A program made the position numbers and the translations under genes. Source: Trypethelium eluteriae (Eukaryota). From it: 64,000 nt of DNA. Positions 1 through 13,101 of this stretch are shown one piece after another. Within the stretch, counting starts at the first letter, position 1. The number at the start of each line of letters is the position of its first letter. Where the stretch lies: contig JAVECL010000012.1 in the NCBI GenBank assembly GCA_051942245.1, positions 1-64,000 of the forward strand. The letters are read 5' to 3'. The notes below the pieces were generated by a model, which saw only the letters and a program-made list of their open reading frames with translations, was not told the origin of the DNA and made no database searches.

Positions 1-20
1 CCTCCTCCTCCTCCTCCTCC
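1..20. repeat. (CCT)n microsatellite in the NMD3 upstream/leader region, truncated by the window edge
   Basis: cctcctcctcctcctcctcc read directly. Confidence 0.85.
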
Positions 21-78
21 CCGGGCATATTGTCGCTTTGCTTCACACATCTTCATCTCCTCTAAGCTACCAACAAGA

Positions 79-1712
79 ATGGAGGTCGACTCGAACGGTT
101 CCATTCAATATCTCCCTGTTCGACAGAAAACGACAGCGACGTAAGCAGAACTCGTCTTAAGTGCCCTCTGTTTTCAAGGATACTGACCTCTATCAGGATA
201 CTGTGCTGCAACTGCGGAGCACCTATCGATGGCACGGTATCCGCTGGCGCGCTATGCCACGACTGCGTAAAGCTTACAGTTGATATCTCACAAGGCATAC
301 AAAGAGAGGCAACATTGCTCACATGTCGGGATTGCGACAGATGGTTTTCGCCACCTAGTCAATGGCTGGTAGCAGCACCAGAATCCAGGGAGCTTTTAGC
401 ACTGTGTTTGAGGAAGCTACGAGGCCTGAGTAAGGTTCGAATCATTGATGCAAGTTTTCTATGGACAGAGCCACACTCGCGCCGCATCAAGGTCAAGATC
501 AGCATACAACAGGAAGCATTTCAGGGCGCCATCATCCAGCAGACGTTCGAAGTTGAATATGTAGTCGCCTTCAGCCAATGCCCGGATTGCGCAAAGTCGT
601 ACACAGCCCATACTTGGAGAGCATGCGTTCAAGTCCGCCAGAAGGTCCCCCACAAACGCACATTCTTATACCTTGAGCAACTCATTCTAAAGCATTCTGC
701 CCACAAAGATACCATCAATATTAAAGAAGTCAATGACGGTATCGATTTCTTTTTTGCACAACGAAACCATGCAGAAAAGTTTGTCGAGTTTTTGACCTCA
801 GTAACTCCTGTACGGACGAAAAAATCGCAAGAACTTATTTCGATGGACATTCACACATCCTCAAAATCGTACAAATTTACCTTTTCTGTCGAACTGGTCC
901 CAATATGCAAAGATGACCTAGTAGCTCTACCTCTGAAGATTGCAAGACAAGTTGGCAACATTGCACCTCTCACTCTATGCTACCGAGTCGGGACGTCAGT
1001 GAATCTCTTGGACCCTAATACTCTTCAAAGTGCAGATCTTTCAACACCAGTATACTGGCGATCCCCATTCGCTCCAATCGCAGACGTCCAGGAACTAGTG
1101 GAGTTTATCGTAATGGATATTGAGTCCACGGGCGTCCAAAAGGGACGATGGATGCTTGCCGAAGCAACAGTAGCACGAGCATCTGATCTTGGCGTCAACG
1201 ACACCACTTACTTCACACGCACACATCTTGGAGGGATTTTACATCCTGGCGATTCCGTCATGGGCTACCACCTCACAGGAACAAACTTCAATAACAGTGA
1301 GTTTGAAGCGATCGCAAACAACAGGAAACTCGCAGACACAATTCCAGACGTGATGCTGGTGAAGAAATTTTATCCACGCAAGAAGAAGAATAAGTCTCGC
1401 AATTGGCGCGTCCGAAGGATGGCTAGGGAGGAAAGCGAGATGCTCCCCAGGAAACAAGATCAAGAGCGTATGGAGAATGACTTTGAGATGTTTTTGCGTG
1501 ATGTAGAGGAAGATGAGGAGCTCAGAAACACCATGGCTTTGTACAAGGCAGAACAACGAGCACGGCAAGGAATGACGCAAGCTGAGGAAGGTGAACAAGA
1601 ACCAAGTGAGATGGACGAAGACGAGGTCGAGGATGAAGGTCTACGGATACCTATGGAACAGTTGCTAGACGAGTTTGATGAGATGAATGTTGAGGATGAT
1701 GGCCAGGGATGA
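79..1712 (+). CDS. NMD3: 60S ribosomal export adaptor Nmd3; intron 141-196
   Basis: ATG at 79; GTAAGC..TCAG intron restores the frame into CCNCG..CHDC and CRDC..CPDC zinc motifs; WTEPHSRRIK, VQVRQKVPHKRTF, acidic C-terminus with leucine-rich export-signal-like segment. Confidence 0.97.
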
Positions 1713-2122
1713 TATACTGTACCTACTTCATTTGAACTTCGCATATCTTGACCAAGGAAGCTATTAATTTATGAAGAACAAGCAGCTAGATTTGCAATAT
1801 TATTTCACTTACCACAGCAAACCATACGGGTAGCAACAAGAAGCATGTTGAATTCTGACCTAGATAATGTTTGTGAAAGGGTCGGTAACGTAAGATAGGC
1901 ACGTAGGCTTAGAGACACACCTGCAGTACCTAGAGAATCTCATGGGATACGGAGTACTCCGTACCTACCTAGGCACTGTGCCTCGGCTCACCAAGCTCCT
2001 AAGCTCATACCACCATTGTTGCTCAGGAACCATCGTGAACTCTGACGGCGCCCAATCATACATATCTTCCTCGTGCTCAGTCTCAGTGATGTTGGCGGCG
2101 TACCTGCGTGTTCCATTCCGAC

Positions 2123-3560
2123 ATGGAGTTCATGAGCAGTCTCCAAAGTGGCCTAGATGAACTTAAACCTTCACTTTTCGGTATAGCTACAACTCAACGG
2201 CGTTTTGGCCTCCAAAAGCTAAGGAAGCACAGAACTCCTCTCCGAGCAACAGCTTGCCTCTCTCATACCTCCCTCCCTGAGATATCTGCTTGCGCTCGCG
2301 ACTCACCGGCACCCACGATATCTTCTCCGTCTGCTGAATTCCTTCGATGAAATCCACGCAATTCTTATGCTCCTCGTAGAGCGCCACTTCCTCAAAGTAT
2401 ACCAAGGCGGCTTTACAGAGAATTTCTATGGCCTCAAGCGAGAGCGTGTCCTTCGGGTTCGAGGTGGCGAGGTGCCTCGTGCTCAGCTCGGCGCTGCGAG
2501 TCAGGTTCGGGAAACTTTGAAGCTTCGAGAGTCTGACATTTGGAAGAATCTAGCAGTGATGGTTGGCTTGCCCTACCTCAAGCGCAAACTAGACGAGAGC
2601 TACGATATACACGCGCCTCAGGCGACCATACTTGGGCCGGCTTTCCAAGGGCAGAGGTTGCCAGCCAATGCGAGTTTGAAACAGCGATTTATGCATTATT
2701 ACAAATGGTTTATTCGGACGGTATACCCCAGCGTTAACGCCGTTTACTACTTTTCTTTACTAGTGTTTAATCTGGGATATCTCTTTGACGGGTCGAAGTA
2801 TCACTCCCCTTTCCTCTGGCTCATCGGTACACGGATCCGTAGGCTGGGCGCGGCAGACCGTGCTGCCATTGAATTGGCCACCAAGCCAAAGCTTCCAACA
2901 AGATCAACTCTGCGGCCTGGTCAGAATAGGTCGATTTTTGATCCACGGACCCTGAGTCTGGCGGTCTACCCACATCTACTTTCCTCCCTCCGATTGGCAC
3001 TTCCAGCCTCGATATTTGCGCTCAAGTTCCTCGAATGGTGGCACGCCTCTGACTTTGCCCATCAGCTGTCCAAAAAGGCCACGGAAGGCGTCGAGTTGCC
3101 GCCACCTGTCATCGCAGGTCTACAGTCGCCGCCCCGGAAAGAAAACGATCTCGCTAGCGATGTTGAGTCAAAACACGAAAACAATACGCCTAATGGAAAA
3201 TCAGCCCCAGCGAAAGATTACCCTAAGCCACCTGTCGACGCGAACACTCTCCTACCCATTCTGACCGTACCACCACCGGTCAAGCCACAGACCGATATCT
3301 GTCCAATCTGTCTAAATCCTATCGTTACACCAACAGCAGCGCAGACAGGGTACGCCTTCTGTTACACCTGTATCTACAAGTGGGTCGACGGCACACACGA
3401 TCGTCAGTTGGCATTTTTAGAGGGCGGCGCTGGGGAGGAGGGATGGGGCGAAGAAGAGGGCAGTCGAAAAGGAAGGTGGGAAAGTGGGAAAGGCAGGTGT
3501 GCGATTACAGGCCGGAGGGTTTTAGGCGGAACAGAAGGATTACGAAGAATCATGGGTTGA
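2123..3560 (+). CDS. PEX12: Peroxin Pex12, RING-finger ubiquitin ligase subunit; intron 2181-2232
   Basis: Spliced N-terminus KPSLFELLSEQQL..YLLALATHRHPRYLL, FTENFYGLKR, FALKFLEWW, degenerate RING CPIC..TGYAFCYTC..GRCAITG. Confidence 0.96.
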
Positions 3561-3774
3561 AATGACGGATTCATCATTGGAACCGCCATTGATCCAGATG
3601 CCAACTGTGAGGTGCTTGCCTATCATTGCAGGTCTGGAAAACGCGGATGAGTGGGGTGTTTGGTTCAGTGAGAATGCATACAACATGGAGATGGCCTGCT
3701 GATCCATATCCTACTATTTAGACAACCAAAAGTACAGTAGCTATTCCTAAGACAACAGATCATTTTCAACCACT

Positions 3775-4899
3775 TCAATGCATTCTATGAGTTGTCCGCC
3801 CATTTAGCAAGTCACGAGCATGCAACCCCTCTGGATACCGCTTGTAGCAAGATGAACTACTCTTGAGAAGGAAGTCCACGTCGGAGCGCTGGTACTTATT
3901 GACACTACCACAAGGATCTAGCTGTAGCCCTCCTATGATTCCCACTGCCTGCCAGTACCTGCATTTTTGGCAAAGGGGCTCGTAGCCGAGCTCCACGGCC
4001 ACTTTTTCGGCCTCTTTGGCGGAGTTGATAACCACCTCGAAGATCTCATTCTCGTGTGCAAGTTGAGCTTGTACTATCAAAAGCTTGACTCTCATCTCTC
4101 TGATACGGTCACAAGCGCCTAGCATCATTATTAAGTATATTGTGTATAGTCTTATGTATGATAACCTACCCGAATACAGGAACTTCCCAAAGTCTCGTTG
4201 GTTGATGCCACCAGGTGCTTCGGGGTCCAATATGGGCTCTCTGATCTTGTCTCTATGACCCAGTAGCATGTTGTGTCTCTTGACTTCGTCCATTTCGCGC
4301 TGGCGCAACTCACGGTCAGTTTCTCTAGCGTGTCTCATTGCTTGGGCTTCGTTGTGGTTAGCTCGGAATGTTGCCATCTTGGCAGCTTCTACATCTTTAT
4401 TTTGACTTTGGATCTTTTCCTTCTGTCTATCCATCTGTTCTTCTTGACGTTTAATTTGTGCCTGTTGACTTTTAACTATCTCGGTATCTTTATCTTGCAT
4501 TTCGACGGCTGGAGGTGATTGCAATGGTGACTTCGGCATTGGGTCAATTGTCAGAGGCTCTTTTCTCGTTGAAGCATCTGGCTGTCTCTCTGCAGCAAGA
4601 TTCCATTTGCTGAGGGTAGCAGGCCTACGAGGTCGAGCCATGGTACCTCGCTCAGGAATAGTAACGTCACCGCTGATTGAAGAAGCGTCATGGTTGTGAA
4701 GGTCAACTATACCCTTTACTTCTTGAGGGCCAGCCTCTTCTCCTCGCAGTGCGGCATCCTGCATCTCTTTTTGGTCAGGTCCTTCGGCCGAGTGACGTGA
4801 AGAAAGAACACCTTGACTTGTAGCGCTACCTTTTGATCCTTTTTGTTCGTTTGACGAGTCATATATCAAGCTCTGTTCTGTAGTCTCCGTCATGTTCAT
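3775..4899 (-). CDS. Hypothetical protein: disordered N-terminus, coiled coil, TPR-like C-terminal helices; probable in-frame 51-nt intron 4119-4169
   Basis: 408-codon ORF, first ATG at 4899; AT-rich segment bounded by GTAGGT..GCTAG; Q/E/K heptad region. Confidence 0.7.
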   Translation of the reverse strand: MNMTETTEQSLIYDSSNEQKGSKGSATSQGVLSSRHSAEGPDQKEMQDAALRGEEAGPQEVKGIVDLHNHDASSISGDVTIPERGTMARPRRPATLSKWNLAAERQPDASTRKEPLTIDPMPKSPLQSPPAVEMQDKDTEIVKSQQAQIKRQEEQMDRQKEKIQSQNKDVEAAKMATFRANHNEAQAMRHARETDRELRQREMDEVKRHNMLLGHRDKIREPILDPEAPGGINQRDFGKFLYSGRLSYIRLYTIYLIMMLGACDRIREMRVKLLIVQAQLAHENEIFEVVINSAKEAEKVAVELGYEPLCQKCRYWQAVGIIGGLQLDPCGSVNKYQRSDVDFLLKSSSSCYKRYPEGLHARDLLNGRTTHRMH

Positions 4900-5394
4900 T
4901 GAGAGTTGGCTAGTCGCTAGAAAGAGGTACCAGTGGTTGGGCCAGAAAAATTCTCTTTCACTTTTCTCTTCTGCCTGACTGCAAATTCTGGCTGCCCGCA
5001 CGTGTACGGAAGATCGGTGCTTGTGGCCTTAAAATACAAATATGAGAACAATGACGGCCGAAATACTGGTGTTGCTAGTCGCAACTTCTTTGTGAGATCG
5101 CCGGTTTCGGCGTTGCGACAGGGTACCTCTTTTGCCCGTATTCTTAAAGCATACCATGACGACACGAGCCCATTTGCATCAAATGACAAGGATTGCTTTT
5201 CGTGCATAGACACAAAGACGCAAACAATAGATCTATCAGAATAGCTCGACAGAGTATGACTGCATTGAAGCGGCATTTCTTGCATTAAAAATACTAGATC
5301 TGTTGGGAATGGTTGAAGGAAATGAGGCACGTGGAGGAAGGAGTTCTGCTTACCTTCTCAGCATCTATATTCGTTCTACAGATCAAGAGTCTTG

Positions 5395-6078
5395 CTACGA
5401 TTGCTTTTGGAGCTCTTGCTCCGCGTACATTTTCCAGACCTGGATCTCATTCGCATGGCCTTTGGTAAAGGAAGATAGAGAGAAAGACCAGTGAGCTTCC
5501 CTAAAATGGCCAGCTTCGAATTGACACATGCCCAAATGAAAGCGAGCCTTACCCCTGAGATCATACAACATGCCATACCTCTTTGCGATGTCCAGGGCTT
5601 CATTGGCTTGTGTAAGCGCTCGAGGGGCTTGGTCATTGTCTCTAAGGATGCAAGACTTGAGGAGCTTGGCATTGATCCGAGTGTCTGGGGCGAGGTCCTC
5701 GCGCATGAGGAGCCTTTCCAACTCCTTTAAAGCAGTCTCGTAATGTTGCTTTAGCCATAGCTCCTCAACGGAGCCGAGCTCCTGCCGAATCTTTGTTGTC
5801 GAGAGCCAGCCTTTAGGCAGCCATGTATCACCCGGGTCGGACTCGGCCACATCGCCACAGAGGACACTCAAGATGCTGCTTGAGTCTGGCTCGAGCTTAC
5901 CTGTGGATGCGAGAGCCATCTGCGTCCTTGCTAGGAGACGATATAGCTGGTTTCTTTGGCCTTCGAGCTCATCCATAGCTTCGTTCATTAGCCTCTTCTC
6001 CTCTTTCCATCGTCGGCTCTGGCTGGCGACTTCAATTGCCATCTGCAGCGCTTGATTCTGCAAGTGATTCGCTGCCAT
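5395..6078 (-). CDS. Hypothetical protein with N-terminal coiled coil and TPR-like C-terminus
   Basis: ATG-started 227-aa ORF; ALTQANEALDIA..GKARFHLGMCQFEAGHFREA fits TPR periodicity. Confidence 0.75.
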   Translation of the reverse strand: MAANHLQNQALQMAIEVASQSRRWKEEKRLMNEAMDELEGQRNQLYRLLARTQMALASTGKLEPDSSSILSVLCGDVAESDPGDTWLPKGWLSTTKIRQELGSVEELWLKQHYETALKELERLLMREDLAPDTRINAKLLKSCILRDNDQAPRALTQANEALDIAKRYGMLYDLRGKARFHLGMCQFEAGHFREAHWSFSLSSFTKGHANEIQVWKMYAEQELQKQS

Positions 6079-7804
6079 AGTAAGTTAGGAGTGAACGCTA
6101 AAATGAGGTGATTAGAGACGGGCACAGTGTGTAGGATTGGCTACAAATTGCGCAGACAAACTCTTGTTGAGGAATTCCAGATTCCGTAAAGGCCACAGAA
6201 ACCATGATACGACCGTCGATTGTCGGTATTAGTACCTTAGTCAAGAACAACCATGTGTTGTGATTCCGTATGAAAGGAACCTAAAGACGCATACAAAAAC
6301 GACAAAGCAATTCCTATCGCAAGTAAAGCCAGCAATTCAAAAATGGACATTCTTTGTCATGCCTTGTGGGGAGCTACTAGAGCGTAGGATGGCCGCTACC
6401 GTGTGAGGGTATGTCTCTAGTTTGTTTTCGAACAAAGCACTGAGGCTAGGTAGAGACACTACTGCACGAGGGTTACGTCACCTCTGCATTTCGGGCCGGT
6501 GAGCCGACGAGGCAAACAGGACAAAGGGAATTCTCGGAAAAGCACTCATATCCGAGAGGGATCTCAGTGCAAAGATCAATAGTGGAAAACGAACAGACGT
6601 ACGCATGATGGGACGTCGCTGCATCTTCCAAGGTTCCTGTGGCTATTGTCAAAAGAGGTGGCCCGGAATTTGTATGGCTGGAGTCCACTCCTTGGTGCCT
6701 TGCTGCGCAGGTGTTGCTTGAAAGATTGCACCAGAGAAGTTTAATGGGATGACATGAGGTGAGTCGCTGCGGATCACTACTTAAGACATGTCTGTCGGAC
6801 TCGTCGTCGTTTCTCTCAATGTAACTCGATCCGGGCTCGCAGGACGTTCTGCAGAGTATATGCCCCTAATGCAACTAAGGGTCGCTGCACATGCTAACGA
6901 GGGCAATGCTTCCAGGTTGACGGGGCCCACCATCCGGAGATGGAAGTCAGTCGATGCCAGATTCTGTACTCCGTACCTGGCCCTTCTTACGGACAAGGAG
7001 CCCTGCTGGCCCTTGAATTCGCTCGAAACTATAGCCACTTTTTATTTACTGTTCACCCCCACGACCTCCGTTAGCTTCCTCGCCGTCCTTGTTACAGAGC
7101 AGATTTGTCAACACGTCGTCATGAACAGACTACCTGCCCATGATTATTCGTGCATCGATGCTCTGCATGTTTCCCCGCATGCTGTATCCCCATGGTTGTC
7201 AACCTACTGCTGCGGCGAAACTGCCGGTGCCCGGCGCCCAGCTTATCCGGCAGCTCGACCCTCACGAATCATCTAGACTCTAGGTGACCCACGAGGTCCC
7301 ATCTTTGGTAAAAGCTCTTGAATTGAGAGGCACATGGGCTAGCGAAAATTTGTCCGTCGTGCACGACTAGACCTTTCTATTGGCCCCATGGGATGGAGAC
7401 CGACGTCATAGTCGTCATGTTTCCAGTTCGCTATGGCTTTCGTTCGGAGGTTTTGGTTGCAGTCTCGCCCCAAATAAACTGAGTGCCGACCAGCGAACCT
7501 TTCTCCGGCCGGTGTCGGCATAACACTCGCTTCTGTAGGCAAAGTTTGCCACACGCGCCAGTTAAAGCATCAACAGCTTGTCCGCAGTCTACAGAGCTCA
7601 TCCTTGTAAAGGGCTGACGTAGGAAATGTGATTTGGGTATCTGAAAGTTGTTGATCTCACATCCACGGTGTGTAACCCTGTCACGCCGGTAGGTTCCCGC
7701 GATCCAGTATATAGGAGAGACAAACCCACCCTAGACATAGCCATATCTGTTGATTGATTCGGGTATCACTCGCACTACCCATCAATTGGCTACACTTTGC
7801 GGTC

Positions 7805-10783
7805 ATGGCTGCTGTAGCCACGCCAGCCGTGTCTGACGGTCGGTTGATGCCCAAGCAAGCAGACCGTGAGGTGTCCATCATTGACATTCGCCGGGAGACC
7901 ACCGAAAGATCCCTGAGAGAGGAGATATTGAGTGGTCTTGGGGCCCCAAATGGGATGGAGAAAAAGCTGCCAACGATGCTGCTGTACGATGAAGCAGGAC
8001 TCCGACTTTTTGAGAAGATCACATATTTGGAAGAGTACTACCTTACAAATGCCGAGATAGAAGTCTTGACGATGTATGCGGAACAAATTGCTCAAAGAAT
8101 TCCGGAAGGATCAATGGTGGTCGAGTTGGGTAGCGGGTAGGGTCTTGCACACGATGGCTGAATTTCCTGTGTTCCCGGCCCGTGGAACAGGTGGTAGATT
8201 GACTGATAATTTCCACAGCAACCTCCGAAAAGTGAAGATCCTTCTCCAAGCCCTGGACCAGATGGGAAAGAAGATTGAGTACTATGCTCTGGACCTGGAC
8301 CTGAAGGAGCTGAAGAGAACGTTTGCCGAAGTACAGACAGTGAATTCCGCTGAATACAAATCGGTGAAGCTGTCGGGTCTGCACGGGACCTATAATGACG
8401 GCCTAGAGTGGCTCCAGCAGGCCGCAAATCTGAGAAAGCCCAAGACACTGCTGTGGCTCGGATCAAGCGTTGGAAATTTTACGCGGCCCGAGGCGGGTGA
8501 GTTCCTGAAGATGTGCAGAGGTGCTCTTGGCACACGTGACCAACTCATCGTGGGCGTGGATGGCTGCAAGGAGCCGAACAGGGTCTTCCACGCTTACAAT
8601 GATCGAGAAGGCGTGACCCATGCGTTTGTGTTGAACGGCCTGCGCCAAGCCAACAGGCTATTGGGCACCGACGCCTTCAAACGGGATGACTGGAAGGTCT
8701 TTGGCGAGTACGATGCCGAGGCTGGCCGCCATCAAGCGTTTGTATACCCAACCCAGGATGTGATCATCGAAGGAGTCTGCATCAAACAGGGCGAACGCTG
8801 CCGGATCGAGCACAGTTATAAATACTCAGATGACGAATCTGAGCGGCTCTGGGAGGATGCAGGCTTCGTCGAAGCAACGCGTTGGTCTAATGGCGCCGCC
8901 AACTACGGTAAGTTTACATCACGACCTGGTGGCACACAACGTAGATCTTGTCAGCAACATCGCCTCCTGACGTATCTACGGAGCTCAAAGGCCAACGCAC
9001 CTTCGTTCACATCTGCAAGAGAGACTACTCGCTGACACGCCGTAGCCCTTCATATGCTCTCTAAACCAATGTTCTCGTTTTCTCTGAAGCCGGAGGAATA
9101 TGCTAAGCATCCGGTGCCTTCAGTGGAGGAATGGCGAAACGGGTGGGCGGCGTGGGATGTCGTCACCCAGGGTATGATTTCAAAGGACGAACTGCTGTCT
9201 AAACCAATTAAGTTGCGTAATGCCTGCATCTTCTATGTTGGCCACATTCCAGCTTTTTTGGATATCCAGTTGACCCGAGTCGCCGGCATCACGCCCACGG
9301 AACCAGCATACTATCACAAGATATTTGAGCGTGGTATCGACCCCGATGTAGATAACCCAGACAAGTGTCATGCTCATAGCGAGATTCCCGATACATGGCC
9401 TCCCCTGGAGGAGTTGCTCGAGTATCAAACACGTGTGCGGCAGCGTGTACTCGACCTCTATGAATCCGGGGCACCTTTCGATAATCGAAAGATTGGTCGG
9501 GCTCTTTGGCTAGGCTTGGAACACGAGGCCATGCACTTGGAGACACTGCTCTACATGCTAATTCAGAGCGAGAAGACGTTGCCCCCGCCCAGTACCGTGA
9601 AACCGGATTTTGAGGCTATGGCACGGGCAGCTGAGGCAAAGGCTCTGCCGAATGATTGGAAGGATATTCCGGCTACGACTCTTTCGTTGGGCATGGATGA
9701 TCCCGAGACCACTTCTGGACCTGAGCGATTTTTTGGCTGGGATGCTGAGAAGCCGTCTCGAGCTGTACCTGTGCATGGGTTTTTTGCAAAATCACGCCCA
9801 ATTACCAATGGAGAATATGCTCGATATCTCTATCACTCAGAAATCTCAACCATTCCAGCCGGCTGGGCCGAAAGCATTGACGAGTCTGGAGTTGAGACAA
9901 ATGGCGTTTCCCATGTCAATGGTGGCCACATGAATGGCGAAAAGATGACCAATGGAGATTCTCAACTTGGCTCATTCGTGCGCAACAAATTCGTAAAGAC
10001 AGTATATGGTCCTGTGGCCCTTTCTCGGGCTCTGGATTGGCCGGCTGTTGCTTCTTATGATGAGCTCGCCGGATGTGCGGCGTGGATGGGCGGTCGAATC
10101 CCGACGGTCGAAGAAGTAGAGAGTATCTACAAGTATGCTGAACAGGCAAAGGTCTTGGACGCCCACAACGCTATTGAAAAGACTATCCCGGCAGTCAACG
10201 CGTAAGTGAGAAGGAGGAAACCGATTTTAATGTGCAAGTCACTGATTGCGCCTTAGGCATCTCGTCAATGATGGTGTAGAAGAGACGCCTCCATCCAAAA
10301 ATTTCCCTAAAGACATCTCCACCGCTGCAGCTAGATCCGACCCTCACTCTCTTTTCCTCAATCTTGAAGGCTGCAATGTTGGCTTCAAGCACTGGCACCC
10401 AATGCCGATCAGTGGCCACGGAGCCAAACTCTGTGGCAGAGCAGAAATGGGAGGCGTATGGGAATGGACGAGCTCAGCCTTGGAGAAGCATGGAGGTTAC
10501 GAACCTATGGAGCTCTACCCTGGTTTTTCTGGTAATTGCTAGTACAAAAGTTATTGTCAGACTTCAACTCACCGAGAAAACAGCTGATTTCTTTGACGGC
10601 AAGCATAATATCGTCCTCGGAGGTTCTTGGGCGACACATCCTCGACTTGCGGGTCGTAAATCTTTGTGAGCATCGCTTCTCGCACCACTCGCTATAGCTT
10701 TACTGACTAGCTTCAGTGTCAATTGGTATCAGCGTAACTATCCATATGTCTGGGCTGGTGCACGCGTAGTTCGTGACAAATGA
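7805..10783 (+). CDS. EGT1: Ergothioneine biosynthesis protein 1 (histidine trimethyltransferase fused to sulfoxide synthase); introns 8137-8218, 8908-9045, 10202-10256, 10532-10583, 10666-10716
   Basis: LPTMLLYDEAGLRLFEKIT..EYYLT, VELGSG, GSSVGNF (EgtD-like); GHIP and HEAMHLE iron ligands; FGE-sulfatase-type GGVWEWT, LGGSWAT, NWYQRNYPY; all five introns keep the frame. Confidence 0.97.
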
Positions 10784-11733
10784 TCAAATTAGGTTGCTAC
10801 GGTCCTTGTGCAACACTGACCGTGTAACCGAAGATTCGCCCTAGAGAAGGAAAGCAGCGATCTAAATGAAAGCGCTCGTTCTAAACAGCACTTATCAGCG
10901 GACTTACCACGGTCGTTCCCCCCACCTATTCATTCATTTACAGCTGACAGGTGAAGATCGATGCATAATTGTAACCTGTCAGACACAGTCTATTCTCCAA
11001 TCTTTCCTACACAGTATCTACTGTCTCTCAAGAACCAAATATGGAAATAGTATCGGCTCGAAGTTGAAATTTGCTTTCCAAAGCCTGACTCAGATCATTG
11101 TTAGCACTTGATAAGCTCTTATCCTCCCACTCGAGAAAGTCTCGTCCCTGAGATGCTTGCTCAGCTCAATCAGTGTTAGCGTCACTCTGACAAAGCTGGC
11201 TGAATAACACTGAACAAACAACGCGCATTTGATAGAATTCCTTCTGTGGTTGTATTTTTAAGCAACGGCATGAATTGTCGAAGGTAGGTAAGCTGGCCTT
11301 GACTTTGGGAGTACGTTCTAGACGAGTCGAATGGAGATGAGAGTGTACTGATACTGAGCCGATCGGTCTATCGCAGTGTGTACCTCTCGAGGTACGGAGT
11401 ACAGCGTGTCTACTTTTAGGTAAGCTAGTAGGTACCAAGACTATGAGATATCTGCATGTCATCGTCTCCGCATTTCTGACGCACAAGCATCCTTAGTGGA
11501 CAGGGTGGACTACCGAGTACTGGGCTGGGCTGATTGACGCGAATTTGCCCGAGCAAGGACACAGAGCTGCATGACTACGGAGTACTGAGCGACTTGACGG
11601 GTGTCGTCGGGTTCGGATTGGAAGAGATTCAGTAGATGATGGGAACTTGGCTTGCCGCTAGTGGAGGCCTCGATATTCCTGGTGCCATCATGGACCTGCT
11701 TGATTGCCCCACTACCCCACCATTAATCAGTAG

Positions 11734-12675
<942 letters not shown>

Positions 12676-13101
12676 ACGAGTCTTAGATTTATAGTGACAT
12701 CTCCACGGCCTAAGATCTTGGTGGGATAGCCGGAAACATGGGGGAGAAATTCTTGCGATTGAAGGCAGATTTCGAATATATCAGTGACACTAAAGAAGTG
12801 AAATTCTGTTTCGTTGGACGACTGCTTCGCTGATAAGTCGCTTCTGTACAATTAAATGCAGAGAAAGCTCGTGGTTATTCTCTTCACGTATCGATACGAT
12901 CAATTGAGGTTAAGAATCAGTCGGAGCAGTCGGAAGCCTGTAGAGAGTATCGTGGTGGCAACGCTTCTAGACCTCGGCAACTCAACCTCGAAAATCATCA
13001 TCATCGCCCATCAGGACCTATCTAGCCACACCATTCTCCCTTTTTCGCATTCCTGTCATCCGTCACTTTTGCTACGAGAGTCAAATACAACAATCATATC
13101 C

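Noticed and set aside
6788..7276. 162-aa ORF upstream of EGT1
   Set aside because: No domain or coding-like composition; lies in promoter-like DNA containing a TACTCCGTA motif
12856..13101. Long N-terminal extension of Lon given by the ORF track
   Set aside because: Upstream ATG lies near the 3' end of the preceding gene; Lon-like sequence begins only after ATG 13102
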